Origin: an uncultured Gammaproteobacteria bacterium
GTDB taxonomy: Bacteria > Pseudomonadota > Gammaproteobacteria > Steroidobacterales > JBCBZW01
Direction of reading: 5' to 3'
Assembly: GCA_965369325.1 (NCBI GenBank)
Contig: CBDUQI010000001.1
Span: 1,748-65,747, forward strand
Length of the DNA: 64,000 bases
The position numbers and the translations under genes are program-made. Below, in pieces: positions 1-9,993 of the stretch. Position 1 is the stretch's first letter. Every line of letters starts with the position of its first letter. The notes under the pieces are model-generated. The model did not search any database and was not told the DNA's origin. It was given only the letters and a program-made list of their open reading frames with translations.

Positions 1-989
1 AGAGCCTCCAGCCATTCGATGCGGGAGAGTAATTGCCTGGCATTAACACGCCGATCCTGGCGGGCGCGCCGCTCACGCGTAAGCAGCACTTCCTGTTGGC
101 CATAAGGAATCGCAACACCCGCCTGGTTCAGGCTGTCCAGCACTTTTGCGGCCACTGCATGTCGCACTCTGGCAGCATGCTCGTAACTACCCACCCAATA
201 ACGAATCTGGTAGCTCACGCCCCGCTCGCTAAACCCGGTAATACGCACCTGATGCGGCGCGCCTTTTACCGGTCCGTCGGTCGCCAGAATCGCCGCCAAC
301 AAAATGTTCTCAATTCGCGCGGGATCGCCGGTGTAGTTGAGTACAATCTGCAACGATTCACGAATCTGCCCGTCCGGCAGACTCAGATTGGTGAACTGTC
401 GACTGGCCAGATCGTTGTTGGGTACGATGAGGGTTCGACCGCCCAGGCTCACCAAGCGGGTGGCTCGCCAATTCTGCTCGGTCACCCGGGCAACCTGCCC
501 CGGCCCAAGCTCCAGCCAATCGCCGATGCGATAGGGGTGCTCAAGGTTCATCGCGAGTCCGGAGAAAAAGTCCGCGATCATGTCGCGCACGGCAAAACCG
601 ATGACCAATGTCACAACGCCGGACGTCGCGACCAATCCACCGATCGGACGGTCAAATACGAGACGGATAATCGCGAAGAACGTAACGATGAAAATACTCG
701 CGGTGAGCGAGTTGGTGAGAATACTGGGAGCAGGCGCGCCGGTACGCCGCTGAACCATCGGACACACCACCAGCCTGCTCAATAGGTGGCTGATCAGCCA
801 GCCCCCGCTCAGCCACTGGAATGTACCCACCAGTTGCGGCACGAGGCGACCGGATTGAATGCCTACCAGCGCGTCCACCTGGACGGCGAGTGTGGCGCTA
901 TGACTATTGCCCAGGCTCAGGCATAGGAATGCCAGCAGCGGTAGCGCCCAGGCGCCCAAATGTTGTCCGCTTTGGGGTTGCTCATCCAT
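1..989 (-). CDS. MscS-family mechanosensitive ion channel (C-terminal end runs off the window start)
   Basis: Absent from the ORF track because it has no in-window stop. Hand translation of the reverse strand from the ATG at 989..987 stays open at least to position 541 (MDEQPQSGQHLGAWALPLL...IGFAVRDMIADFFSGLAMNLEHPYRIGDWLELGPGQVARV). TM helices followed by a PxRxGDW-type beta-domain are typical of MscS. The + strand ORF 33..785 is its antisense shadow. Confidence 0.75.
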   Translation of the reverse strand, partial: MDEQPQSGQHLGAWALPLLAFLCLSLGNSHSATLAVQVDALVGIQSGRLVPQLVGTFQWLSGGWLISHLLSRLVVCPMVQRRTGAPAPSILTNSLTASIFIVTFFAIIRLVFDRPIGGLVATSGVVTLVIGFAVRDMIADFFSGLAMNLEHPYRIGDWLELGPGQVARVTEQNWRATRLVSLGGRTLIVPNNDLASRQFTNLSLPDGQIRESLQIVLNYTGDPARIENILLAAILATDGPVKGAPHQVRITGFSERGVSYQIRYWVGSYEHAARVRHAVAAKVLDSLNQAGVAIPYGQQEVLLTRERRARQDRRVNARQLLSRIEWLEA

Positions 990-1327
990 GTTCAGCCTGA
1001 GCACTCATTGAAGCAACGCCTGGACTCAAGCAGAAGCGCTCTCATTGCGGATGATCCCATCAGTTGGCTCGAGGTAGCGGGCAGGCTCAAGCAAAAGCCG
1101 TGGAGCATGGCTCTCGCCACTGCCCGGATTCATCACAGAATATCGGCGCCGGCGGAGCCTACTTAACGTTCGCCTGAATCGAGCGTGACGGTTTGTTGGA
1201 CAGGATCACAGTTTGCACACGGCACTGCGAGAGGCACGCTCCGGCAGTCCACCGCAGTTGATGAGATTTGCATTATGACCGGGCGCACAGAATCTGAGCG
1301 GCGCGCACCCCACTGCGCCTGGTCGCC

Positions 1328-3430
1328 TCAGAAACGACTTTGGAGCGAAAGCCTTAACTGGCTTGGTTGCACCGGCTTAAAGTGGACGTCCTCTACACCT
1401 TCAATCTCGCCCGGCAGACGTGACTCATAAAAATAGGTGATGTCGGCGTCGTCGCTATCGAGCAGATTGTAGACCGCCAGGCTCAGATGGATCGCCTGAT
1501 TAAGATCGTAGCCCACCTGGGCGTTAAGCACGGTGGTGGATTGCGATCGCACACTGTTGTCCTCCACCAGCGGGCCATCGCCCAAAAAGCGCAGCCGCAT
1601 GCCACCGCTCCAGCGCCCCTCGCCAGCCCAGGTCACCCCTACAGATGCCACGTTCTCCACCGCACCGGGAATGTGATCTTCTTGCGCGTGGGCAAAACGG
1701 GCATGCGACCAAGCGTAATCGGCATCGACAATGAACGAGTCGGCCAGCGTATAGTACATGGAGATTTCGGCGCCGTAACGCTCGCTCTCGCCTCGGGTTT
1801 CGGTAACGCCACCATCTCCCACAAAGAGTAACTCCGAGTCGATCTGCAGTCCCCACAGTGCCGCAGCAATCTGCATGTTGTCGAACACGGCGGTGCGCAG
1901 CCCAAGATCCACCCCCCATGCGCTGACCAGCGCGTCCACCGGTTGCGCTGGCACGGCTGGGTCGCCGGGATCAACGGCGATTGTCACACCGCGCGCATCG
2001 TTGCTGTGAAAGCCTTGCCCAATGTTCAAGAAGTACTCGGTTTCATGCCAGGGACCGAACACCAGGCTGAGCTTGGGGCTCAGTAGTGCATCCTGGCCAC
2101 TGCCCCCATTGGCGGGCAGCCCAGCCATTACATCAAAATCGAAGTAGTCCAGCCGCGCGCCAAAAATCGACCGAAACGTATCGCTCCAGCGTACGTCTAA
2201 CTCGGCATAGACACCGACGCTGGATTCGCTCACCTGATCCTCACGCACCGTGCCAATACGAATCTGCTCAAGCGTGCTGTACAGCCCCACTTGATCAATA
2301 TCATCGTGGCGAACCTGCATGCCAAGCCTCAGCGCGGCATCTACCTCCACCCATTCCAGCGGACGATGGTAGTGACCGCTGAGGCCGTAAAGCCGCCGCT
2401 CGTCTACCTGCTCGAACTGATCCCCGTTGTTGTTGTCCTCCAGCAAATAGGTAAAGTTGCTGAACAGATCAAGCGCGTAGTCGATCGCATAGCCGGCAAT
2501 GTTCCAATGCCCGGCCCCGGCGGAGCGACGGACTTCTGCCGACAGACTGTAGCGATGCGATTCGCCGCCCACAGTGGGGTCGATAAACCCCAGATCGGTA
2601 ATCAGGCCCCGCTCGACCGCACGCTTAGGCACCTGATCGGAGGAGTCCCATTGCCCATCGTAGAGCATGCCGGTCACCGAGAAGCGGTTGTAGTCGCCGC
2701 CCCGCGTGTACTTGAACATGCCATTGGTCTTGCGCAGGTTCTGATCCCGCTCAAACGGGCCTGCATTGCTCGTGTGCGCCAGGGCCAGCACCAGATCCGC
2801 GTCACCGGCAGCGGGCGAACCCGCCAGAAACACATCGACGTAGGAATCTTCACCCACGGTAAGGTCCGCGCGCGTGTGCTGCAGGCGCTGCGGGTAACGA
2901 AAGTCGGCGGAGCCAGCCGCAGAAAAATCGCCAATGTCTGCGTAATACGGGCCTTTGCGATACTCCAGCTGATCCACCAATGGGGTAATCAGAAAATTGA
3001 GATCCGCATACCCCTGGCCGTGCCCATGGGAACGCATGTTGACCGGCAGACCTTCCACCTCCACGTAAAAATCGGTGCCGTGATCCAGATTGAACCCACG
3101 CAGGAAATACTGATTGGCCTTGCCCTCGCCACTGTGCTGAGTGGCGATCAGGCCCGGCATGAACTCAAGCAGTTCCGCCGCACGCGCGACCGGGCGTTGC
3201 ATCAATTGCTCACCGGTGACCAGCCCCTGGGTAGCCGAGGTCGGATCCCCCAGCAGGGTCGCGGCGCCGGTTACGATCACCTCCTCGATATCCTCGCTCG
3301 CGCTGGTGGGTAGACCGGCGGCCGGCAACCATGTCGGCCACAGCACACAGCCGATGAGGGCAGTGCGCCACGAGCGCTGCGGGTCGCGGCACACCGCGGC
3401 GGACCGTCTGATCTTATTCGCGATTTTCAT
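1328..3430 (-). CDS. TonB-dependent outer-membrane receptor
   Basis: 700-aa ORF with a signal-like N-terminus and a plug-region motif (DIEEVIVTGA). The long Y/G/D/N-rich sequence is beta-barrel-like, and the C-terminal ...LSLQSRF ends in an aromatic residue. Confidence 0.85.
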   Translation of the reverse strand: MKIANKIRRSAAVCRDPQRSWRTALIGCVLWPTWLPAAGLPTSASEDIEEVIVTGAATLLGDPTSATQGLVTGEQLMQRPVARAAELLEFMPGLIATQHSGEGKANQYFLRGFNLDHGTDFYVEVEGLPVNMRSHGHGQGYADLNFLITPLVDQLEYRKGPYYADIGDFSAAGSADFRYPQRLQHTRADLTVGEDSYVDVFLAGSPAAGDADLVLALAHTSNAGPFERDQNLRKTNGMFKYTRGGDYNRFSVTGMLYDGQWDSSDQVPKRAVERGLITDLGFIDPTVGGESHRYSLSAEVRRSAGAGHWNIAGYAIDYALDLFSNFTYLLEDNNNGDQFEQVDERRLYGLSGHYHRPLEWVEVDAALRLGMQVRHDDIDQVGLYSTLEQIRIGTVREDQVSESSVGVYAELDVRWSDTFRSIFGARLDYFDFDVMAGLPANGGSGQDALLSPKLSLVFGPWHETEYFLNIGQGFHSNDARGVTIAVDPGDPAVPAQPVDALVSAWGVDLGLRTAVFDNMQIAAALWGLQIDSELLFVGDGGVTETRGESERYGAEISMYYTLADSFIVDADYAWSHARFAHAQEDHIPGAVENVASVGVTWAGEGRWSGGMRLRFLGDGPLVEDNSVRSQSTTVLNAQVGYDLNQAIHLSLAVYNLLDSDDADITYFYESRLPGEIEGVEDVHFKPVQPSQLRLSLQSRF

Positions 3431-3485
3431 ATCAGCTGTTGTTAAGTCTTGCCCGAAGCGTTGCCGCAGCGTAACTTGATATACG

Positions 3486-3520
3486 AAAGCCGATAAGCAA
3501 TCGGTTTTGGTTTTCGAAAA
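3486..3520. promoter_or_regulatory. Candidate operator dyads between the receptor gene and the BlaI-like gene
   Basis: Imperfect inverted repeat AAAGCCGAT-N5-ATCGGTTTT (3486-3508) followed by the perfect palindrome TTTTCGAAAA (3511-3520). The genes on both sides diverge, so this is not a terminator context. No consensus match is claimed. Confidence 0.3.
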
Positions 3521-3546
3521 AAATAACTCGTTAATCGAGGCTCCGA

Positions 3547-3993
3547 ATGTTTAATAACCTGTTAAAACGACATAACCGTGCGCGTGCTCCACGCCTAGGC
3601 ACGCTGGAACTGGATGTCATGGCGCTGATGTGGTCCACCCGCAGCGCAAGCGCGCGCGAGGTGCTCAGCCATTTAGCTGAGCACAGTGGCAAGACCATCA
3701 GCCTGAGTACCGTGCAATCCACGCTGGAACGGCTGGTAAGAAAAGGTGCGTTGCTGCGTGAAAAAAGCGGACGTGCCTACGAGTACCGTGCTGCGTTAAG
3801 CCGCCAGTCGTTAATTGGCCTGTTGATCGATGAGGTGGCCAGCGAGATTGGCGGGGGCACGTTGCAACCGGTGTTGTCAGGATTCGTCGAGTTCATTAAC
3901 AGCAACGACCCCGAGTCACTGCATAAACTTGAGCATCTGTTGCGCGACCGATGCGATACCCGGGACAGTGACGAGGTAGAGCACGAGCAGTGA
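3547..3993 (+). CDS. BlaI/MecI/CopY-family winged-helix repressor
   Basis: 148 aa with a family-typical N-terminus (LGTLELDVMALMW...SAREVLSHL...STVQSTLERLVRKGALLREKSGRAYEYRA). Its stop overlaps the next gene's start (GTGA at 3990-3993). Confidence 0.8.
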   Translation: MFNNLLKRHNRARAPRLGTLELDVMALMWSTRSASAREVLSHLAEHSGKTISLSTVQSTLERLVRKGALLREKSGRAYEYRAALSRQSLIGLLIDEVASEIGGGTLQPVLSGFVEFINSNDPESLHKLEHLLRDRCDTRDSDEVEHEQ

Positions 3994-4970
3994 ACACAAT
4001 CGACCTTACCGGTGTGCCGCTACCGCTTGTATTGCCCATCCTGGCCGCGACCGGCCTGTGGGCGATACTGGGCGGACTTACCGGCATAGCCTTCAGGGGA
4101 ATGCACCCGACGATGAGAACACTGGCGCCAGTCACACGCGCCTGGGTATTGCAAGCGCTGGCGTTCTTCCCCCTGCTCGTGGCTGTCCTCGTGGCCGCAC
4201 TGGTATTTACTCCCGTGTTTCACGGCGCGCACTTACATGCGCATTGCCATGGCGCGGCATGCGAGGCGCATGTGCCCATGGCGCTCGGCCAGGCCGACAG
4301 CGCGATGGCCTACTCAGCTCTCGCCGCCGGGCTGGGCGGGTTGCTGATCGGATTCGCGGTGCTGATGATTTACCGTGGTAGGCAGGTGGGCCTGGTGCTG
4401 ATGGCGTTGGCATGCCGCAGCGGGCGCGAGGAGTACGAGATTATCGACTCCCCTAACGTGTTCGCCTGCTGTGCGGGTTTGCTGCGCCAGCGCGTGCTCA
4501 TCTCACGCGGCCTGCTCACACACGCCCGCGCGGAGCAGTTGCAAGTTGCGCTGGCGCACGAGCATGCGCATCGGTATCGGTTTGATAATTTGCGCCAGCT
4601 TAGTGCGCGCATTGCTACCGTACTGTGGTGGCCAAGCCTGCGCAAAGCACTGTTGGCGGAACTGTCGCTGGCGGCTGAACAAAGTTGCGACCAGGCGGCT
4701 GCACGCCAAGGCTCCGCAAACCTGGTGGCTCAGACCATTGTCGCTGTGCGTCACTGGCAACTACACGCACTTACCCGCGGCGCACAGTTCGCCAGCACGG
4801 GGGAGGATACACTTGAACGACTGCGGGCACTGGCGCGCCCGCGTTGGCGGCCCGTAAGCGCCGCGCTCGCCGCCTCTATGGTACTCACCGTCTACGCGAT
4901 CGCGGTGTATCTGCTGGCGGATGTGTCGCATCACCTGGCTGAGTCTGTTTTGTTGTGGCTGGCCGGTTGA
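3990..4970 (+). CDS. BlaR1-like M56 membrane metalloprotease/signal transducer, short form
   Basis: 326 aa with several hydrophobic segments and an HEXXH motif in M56 context (ALAHEHAHRYRFDNLRQL). Translationally coupled to the BlaI-like gene. No large extracytoplasmic sensor domain is visible. Confidence 0.7.
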   Translation: MNTIDLTGVPLPLVLPILAATGLWAILGGLTGIAFRGMHPTMRTLAPVTRAWVLQALAFFPLLVAVLVAALVFTPVFHGAHLHAHCHGAACEAHVPMALGQADSAMAYSALAAGLGGLLIGFAVLMIYRGRQVGLVLMALACRSGREEYEIIDSPNVFACCAGLLRQRVLISRGLLTHARAEQLQVALAHEHAHRYRFDNLRQLSARIATVLWWPSLRKALLAELSLAAEQSCDQAAARQGSANLVAQTIVAVRHWQLHALTRGAQFASTGEDTLERLRALARPRWRPVSAALAASMVLTVYAIAVYLLADVSHHLAESVLLWLAG

Positions 4971-5099
4971 TACAGGACGTTCTCAAGCGGACCTGGCACT
5001 AGCCATCGGGTTGATCCATCGCCTGCGAATAAGTGTGCTCAAACTCAGCGAATGCCTCAAGCGCCACCGTGGCTGCAGCGATGCGATATATGCCTGCAG

Positions 5100-6479
5100 C
5101 TAGTGGCCGTAGACTAACGCGGGCAGCCAGGTAGCAAGCGCTGGCCACAGCGCCAGCATCAGCAGCGCCAGCAACTGAATCGCCACAAACGGCATCGCAC
5201 CGCGATAAATAGCGCTGGTCGGCACCTGTGCAGGGGCGACGCCCCGCAGATAGAACAGGGCGAAACCAAAAGGCGGTGTGAGGAACGAGGTTTGCAGGTT
5301 AATCGCAATCATAATGCCGAGCCACACTGGGTCTAGCCCCATAGACAGCAAGGCCGGCCCCACGATAGGCACAACCACAAAAGTGATCTCGATAAAGTCC
5401 AGCACAAAGCCCAGCACAAACATCACCAGCATGACCACCAGCATGGCGCCTATCGCACCACCCGGCAGGTCCGACAGCGCCGTCGCCACCAGCTCATCAC
5501 CGCCAAATCCCCGGAATACTAACGAGAAGACCGAAGCGCCGATCAAGATCAGAAACACCATGCTGCTGACGCGCGTGGTCGCGCGCACCACTTCACTTAG
5601 CCGTGCAAGATTAAATTGCCCATGCATCGCCGCCAGCAACATCGCCCCGATGGCGCCGACGGCCGCAGCTTCGGTGGGCGTCGCGCGGCCAGTGATGATG
5701 GAACCCAGCACGGTCGCGATCAGAAACAACGGCGGCATCAGCACCTTGATCACGCGCAGACGCAGGCCGGACTTGCCGGCGGCATCCAACTCGGGCGGGC
5801 AAGCGGGCATCGCATCCGGTCGCCGCCAGGCCAGGACCAGCAGATAGACGATGTACATGCCAACCAGCATCAGCCCGGGCACCAGCGCGCCCAGAAACAA
5901 ATCGCCCACCGACACCGTTTTCGGCGAGAAAATCCCCAGATCGATCTGCGACTGCTGATAAGCAGAAGACAGCACATCGCCGAGCAACACCAACACGATG
6001 GACGGGGGAATAATCTGCCCCAAGGTGCCAGCCGCCGCGATGGCTCCGGTGGAGACGGCCGGATCGTAGCCGCGCTTGAGCATGGTCGGCAGCGCCAGCA
6101 ATCCCATCGTGACCACAGTCGCACCCACAATCCCGGTGCTGGCCGCGAGCAACATACCCACCAGCGTCACCGACACACCCAGCCCGCCGCGAATATTGCC
6201 GAAGCACTCGGCCAGCGTGCTAAGCAGGTCCTCTGCGATGCGGGCGCGTTCCAGCATCACGCCCATGAACACAAACAGCGGCACGGCGACCAGCAACTCG
6301 TTGCTCATCACCCCACCGTAAATGCGATTGGGCATGGCACCTAGAAAATCCGCGTCAAAATTCCCTGTGGCGGTGCCCAGCAGCGCAAATGCGAGCGCAG
6401 TACCGGCCAGTGAGAACGCCACCGGATACCCGACCAGCAATACCAGCACCACAGCCACAAAAAGCAGTATCGCCATCAT
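5100..6479 (-). CDS. dctM: TRAP transporter large permease (DctM family)
   Basis: 459-aa polytopic membrane protein with a DctM-like sequence throughout (GIVGATVVTMGLLALPTMLKRGY, LTPPFGFALFYLRGVAP). Confidence 0.85.
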   Translation of the reverse strand: MMAILLFVAVVLVLLVGYPVAFSLAGTALAFALLGTATGNFDADFLGAMPNRIYGGVMSNELLVAVPLFVFMGVMLERARIAEDLLSTLAECFGNIRGGLGVSVTLVGMLLAASTGIVGATVVTMGLLALPTMLKRGYDPAVSTGAIAAAGTLGQIIPPSIVLVLLGDVLSSAYQQSQIDLGIFSPKTVSVGDLFLGALVPGLMLVGMYIVYLLVLAWRRPDAMPACPPELDAAGKSGLRLRVIKVLMPPLFLIATVLGSIITGRATPTEAAAVGAIGAMLLAAMHGQFNLARLSEVVRATTRVSSMVFLILIGASVFSLVFRGFGGDELVATALSDLPGGAIGAMLVVMLVMFVLGFVLDFIEITFVVVPIVGPALLSMGLDPVWLGIMIAINLQTSFLTPPFGFALFYLRGVAPAQVPTSAIYRGAMPFVAIQLLALLMLALWPALATWLPALVYGH

Positions 6480-6491
6480 GCCCGCATCGCC

Positions 6492-7061
6492 CTAAGGTGC
6501 GTGAACATCAAAACCGCCATGCGGATCATCCAGCCCAGCTGCCTCAGCCGATACGCGACCGCGCAGGAACAGGCCCGCGCGAATGGCCATTACCAGCCCC
6601 TGCAGCAGCACCAGCACCGCCATCAGCACGATGCTGGTTTTGGCCATTGGCACAAACGGAAACGGTAGCCCGCCCGGCTCGCGCGAGCTTTCGCTGCGCT
6701 GCCAGGAATTCATCACGTAGGGCATAGTCATGAACAAGAAGTAAAGGCAGGTGGGCACCAGCAGCGCCAGGGCGCCGACGATCTCTACCCAGGCGCGACC
6801 GCGCGGCGTCATTCGTCGGTACAGCACATCCACGCGCACATGCTCGCCTTCTTGCAGGGTATACGCGGCGCCGAGCAAAAACACCACCGCGTGCATCCAG
6901 ATCACCAGTTCCTGCAGCCAGATCCAGCCGGCCTCAAACACATATCGCGCCAGCACCACCACGAAGCTCACCAGCACCATTGCAAGCGTAAACCAAGACA
7001 CTGTGCGACCAACCGCCTGGTTAAGCCGATCGATCAAGCGAGTGAAGCTCAAGATATCCAC
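6492..7061 (-). CDS. dctQ: TRAP transporter small permease (DctQ family)
   Basis: The ORF track gives 6492..7166, but that overlaps the trkH 3' end. An in-frame GTG at 7061 (VDILSFTRLIDRLN...) lies 15 nt after the trkH stop and gives a typical 189-aa four-TM DctQ. Only 12 nt separate it from dctM. Confidence 0.65.
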   Translation of the reverse strand: MDILSFTRLIDRLNQAVGRTVSWFTLAMVLVSFVVVLARYVFEAGWIWLQELVIWMHAVVFLLGAAYTLQEGEHVRVDVLYRRMTPRGRAWVEIVGALALLVPTCLYFLFMTMPYVMNSWQRSESSREPGGLPFPFVPMAKTSIVLMAVLVLLQGLVMAIRAGLFLRGRVSAEAAGLDDPHGGFDVHAP

Positions 7062-7078
7062 AAGTCTAATCCACCGGC

Positions 7079-8545
7079 CTAACGCTGCCAGAAGGTGGGC
7101 GAGATAAGCACCAGCAGAGTAAAGATTTCCAGTCGACCCAGCAACATGGCAAATATTGATACCCACTTAACGCCATCGGCCATTGAGGCAAAATTCGACG
7201 CTACCTCGCCCAATCCCGGGCCCAGGTTATTCAACGTTGCCGCCACCGCTGAGAAGGCAGTGACCTGATCTAACCCCAGCACCATTAGCACCAGCATAAG
7301 CGTGCCAAAGAGCACAATGTAGACGGAGAAAAATCCCCACACGGCCTCGATAACCCGCGTGGGTACTGCGCGTTTGCCGAGCTTAATCGGCACTTCAGAG
7401 CGTGGATGCACCAGCCGGAACACCTCGCGCACACCCTGCTTGTAAACGAGCAACCAGCGCACGACCTTCATGCCGCCAGCCGTAGAGCCAGCACAACCGC
7501 CGATAAAACTCATCAGAATAAGCAGCACCGGCAACGCACCGGGCCAGGCCGAGTACTCGTCGGTGAGAAAGCCGGTGGTGGTGGCAATAGAAACCGCTTG
7601 AAAAATACCTTTGGTGAAGGCCTCACTCAAGCTGGCGTACTCGCCACTCAAAAACAGATAAGCAAACACCACAAGCACCAGCATGAACAGAATAACCACG
7701 TAGGCACGGAACTCCGGGTCTGTCACGTAGTAACCCACGCGCCCACCGCGGCCAAAACTGGCGAAGTGCAAAGAGAAGTTGATGCCTGCGATAAACATAA
7801 ACACCACACCCAACATCTCGATCAACGCGCTGTCGAAATAACCAAAACTGGCATCGTGGGTGGAGAACCCGCCGATCGCGACGGTACTGAAGCTGTGCGT
7901 GAGCGCGTCAAAAAAATCCATGCCCGCCGACCAGTACGCCAATAGACAGGCCAACGTGATGGTGGCGTACACCAACCACAGATACTTGGCCGTCTCGGTG
8001 ATACGCGGGGTAAGTTTGGAGTCTTTCACCGGGCCCGGTGTTTCCGCCCGATACAACTGCATGCCGCCGACCCCCAGCATCGGCAGCACCGCAACCGCCA
8101 ACACGATGATCCCCATGCCACCAAACCACTGCAGTTGCTGGCGGTAATAAAGAACCGACTTGGGCAGGTCGTCCAGCCCGACCAGCACAGTCGCACCTGT
8201 GGTGGTCAAGCCGGACATGGATTCGAACACCGCATCGGTGAGACTCATGGCCGGCGTGACAGACAGCAGTAACGGCAGCGCGCCGAACGTCCCCAGCACC
8301 AGCCAGAACCCGGCGACCACCACAAAGCCGTCGCGCAGGCGCAGATTCTGCCGTTCGCGCCGCGAGAGCTTGCGCACCGGCATCCAGATGAGAAGACCGG
8401 AAAACAAAATGAACAAGAGCGCGTCGACAAACCCTAGCAGGCTGCCATCCTGATAGATAATCGAGACGATAATCGGCGGCACCATGGTGACACTGAACAT
8501 CATCAGCAACACGCCGAGTATCCATTGGATGATTGAGAAGTGCAC
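7079..8545 (-). CDS. trkH: Trk potassium uptake membrane subunit TrkH
   Basis: 488-aa polytopic protein with TrkH-type motifs ([27 protein letters not shown]). Confidence 0.9.
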   Translation of the reverse strand: MHFSIIQWILGVLLMMFSVTMVPPIIVSIIYQDGSLLGFVDALLFILFSGLLIWMPVRKLSRRERQNLRLRDGFVVVAGFWLVLGTFGALPLLLSVTPAMSLTDAVFESMSGLTTTGATVLVGLDDLPKSVLYYRQQLQWFGGMGIIVLAVAVLPMLGVGGMQLYRAETPGPVKDSKLTPRITETAKYLWLVYATITLACLLAYWSAGMDFFDALTHSFSTVAIGGFSTHDASFGYFDSALIEMLGVVFMFIAGINFSLHFASFGRGGRVGYYVTDPEFRAYVVILFMLVLVVFAYLFLSGEYASLSEAFTKGIFQAVSIATTTGFLTDEYSAWPGALPVLLILMSFIGGCAGSTAGGMKVVRWLLVYKQGVREVFRLVHPRSEVPIKLGKRAVPTRVIEAVWGFFSVYIVLFGTLMLVLMVLGLDQVTAFSAVAATLNNLGPGLGEVASNFASMADGVKWVSIFAMLLGRLEIFTLLVLISPTFWQR

Positions 8546-8564
8546 GTGATCTACTGGCGGGCGT

Positions 8565-9941
8565 TCAGATGAACGTCACATCCACCTGGAAGAGTTTTTC
8601 AACCGCGCTGACTTTCGAGCGATCAGTGAGAAACAAAATGACATGGTCGTCGGCCTCAATCACCGAATCATGGTGCGCCACCAGCACATCATCCCCGCGC
8701 ACCATCGCGGCGATGCTGACACCGCGTGGCAGCTTAACCTCGTCGATTCGTTTACCTACGACGCGCGAGCGCTCCCGATCTCCATGCGCGACCGCCTCAA
8801 TCGCCTCGGCCGCCCCACGGCGCAGAGAATGCACACGCACCACATCACCACGACGTACATAACGTAACAACGAGCCGATGGTGATTTGCTGCGGCGACAG
8901 TGCCACATCAATACTGCCCGCCTCGACCAGCTCGACATAGGCTGGGCGATTGATTAACGCCATGACTTTGTTGGCACCCAGGCGCTTGGCCAACATGCAC
9001 GAGAGAATGTTGGCTTCCTCTGCGTTGGTGACCGCGCAGAACACATCGGCAGCATCAATGTTCTCCTCCAGCAGCAACTCCTTGTCAGCCGCGTCGCCGC
9101 ACAGTACAACGGTGCGCTCCAGACGCTCGGATATTTCTTTCGCGCGAGCACGATCGCGCTCGATCAGCTTCACCTGATTAGTGCGTTCCAGTTTGCGTGC
9201 CAGACGGTAACCAATGTTGCCACCGCCCGCGACAAACACTCGTCGCACCGGTGTGTCGAGCTTGCGCATCTCGCCCATCACCACGCGAATGTCTTTGCGC
9301 GCCGCGATAAAAAATACTTCATCGCCTTCCTGAATCACCGTATCGCCCTCAGGCGGAATGCTCTCGCCGTTGCGATAAATCGCTGCCACGCGGGTTTCGA
9401 CTTCCGGGATGTGATCAGCCAACTCGCTCAACGCATGGCCGGTAAGCAGACCGTCCGCGTGCGCCTGGGCGCCGACCAAACGCACGCGCCCCTCGGCAAA
9501 ATCCAGCACCTGCAACGCACCCGGGTAGCGGATAAGCTGCTCGATGTGCTCCATCACCAGTTGCTCCGGACTGATGCGCACATCAACAGGCATTGCGCCC
9601 TGACTGAACAGGCGGTCTTCCACCATGTAGGCGTTAGCGCGAATCCGCGCAATCTTGGTGGGTGTATGGAACAACGTATAGGCAACCTGGCACGCGATCA
9701 TGTTGGTCTCATCCGAATCAGTGAGCCCAATAATCATGTCGGCATCATCAGCACCCGCACGGGCCAGCACGCCGGGGTGAGCCGCATGGCCATGAACAGT
9801 GCGAATATCCAAGCGGTCCTGCAAATCCTGCAAGGTCTCCGCATTAGTATCCACAACAGTCACGTCGTTGTGCTTTTCTTGCGCCAGATGGCGTGCAGCA
9901 GTTTTGCCCACCTGGCCAGCCCCTAATATGATAATTTTCAT
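8565..9941 (-). CDS. trkA: Trk system NAD-binding subunit TrkA
   Basis: 458 aa with two Rossmann motifs (MKIIILGAGQVG and VFVAGGGNIGYRLA). The length matches canonical TrkA, and the gene sits directly upstream of trkH. Confidence 0.9.
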   Translation of the reverse strand: MKIIILGAGQVGKTAARHLAQEKHNDVTVVDTNAETLQDLQDRLDIRTVHGHAAHPGVLARAGADDADMIIGLTDSDETNMIACQVAYTLFHTPTKIARIRANAYMVEDRLFSQGAMPVDVRISPEQLVMEHIEQLIRYPGALQVLDFAEGRVRLVGAQAHADGLLTGHALSELADHIPEVETRVAAIYRNGESIPPEGDTVIQEGDEVFFIAARKDIRVVMGEMRKLDTPVRRVFVAGGGNIGYRLARKLERTNQVKLIERDRARAKEISERLERTVVLCGDAADKELLLEENIDAADVFCAVTNAEEANILSCMLAKRLGANKVMALINRPAYVELVEAGSIDVALSPQQITIGSLLRYVRRGDVVRVHSLRRGAAEAIEAVAHGDRERSRVVGKRIDEVKLPRGVSIAAMVRGDDVLVAHHDSVIEADDHVILFLTDRSKVSAVEKLFQVDVTFI

Positions 9942-9993
9942 TAGCCTGCGGCTTTGCCGTTCATGCTGCTCCCTACACGTACATTGTACGCTA

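Noticed and set aside
33-785. 250-aa + strand ORF at the window start
   Set aside because: It lies antisense to a reverse-strand frame that translates cleanly as an MscS channel (verified by hand from 989 down to 541). Its own product is Arg/Gln/Gly-rich with no recognisable motif, typical of a high-GC shadow ORF.
2291-3313. 340-aa + strand ORF
   Set aside because: It lies entirely inside and antisense to the TonB-dependent receptor gene. The composition is biased and no motif is present.
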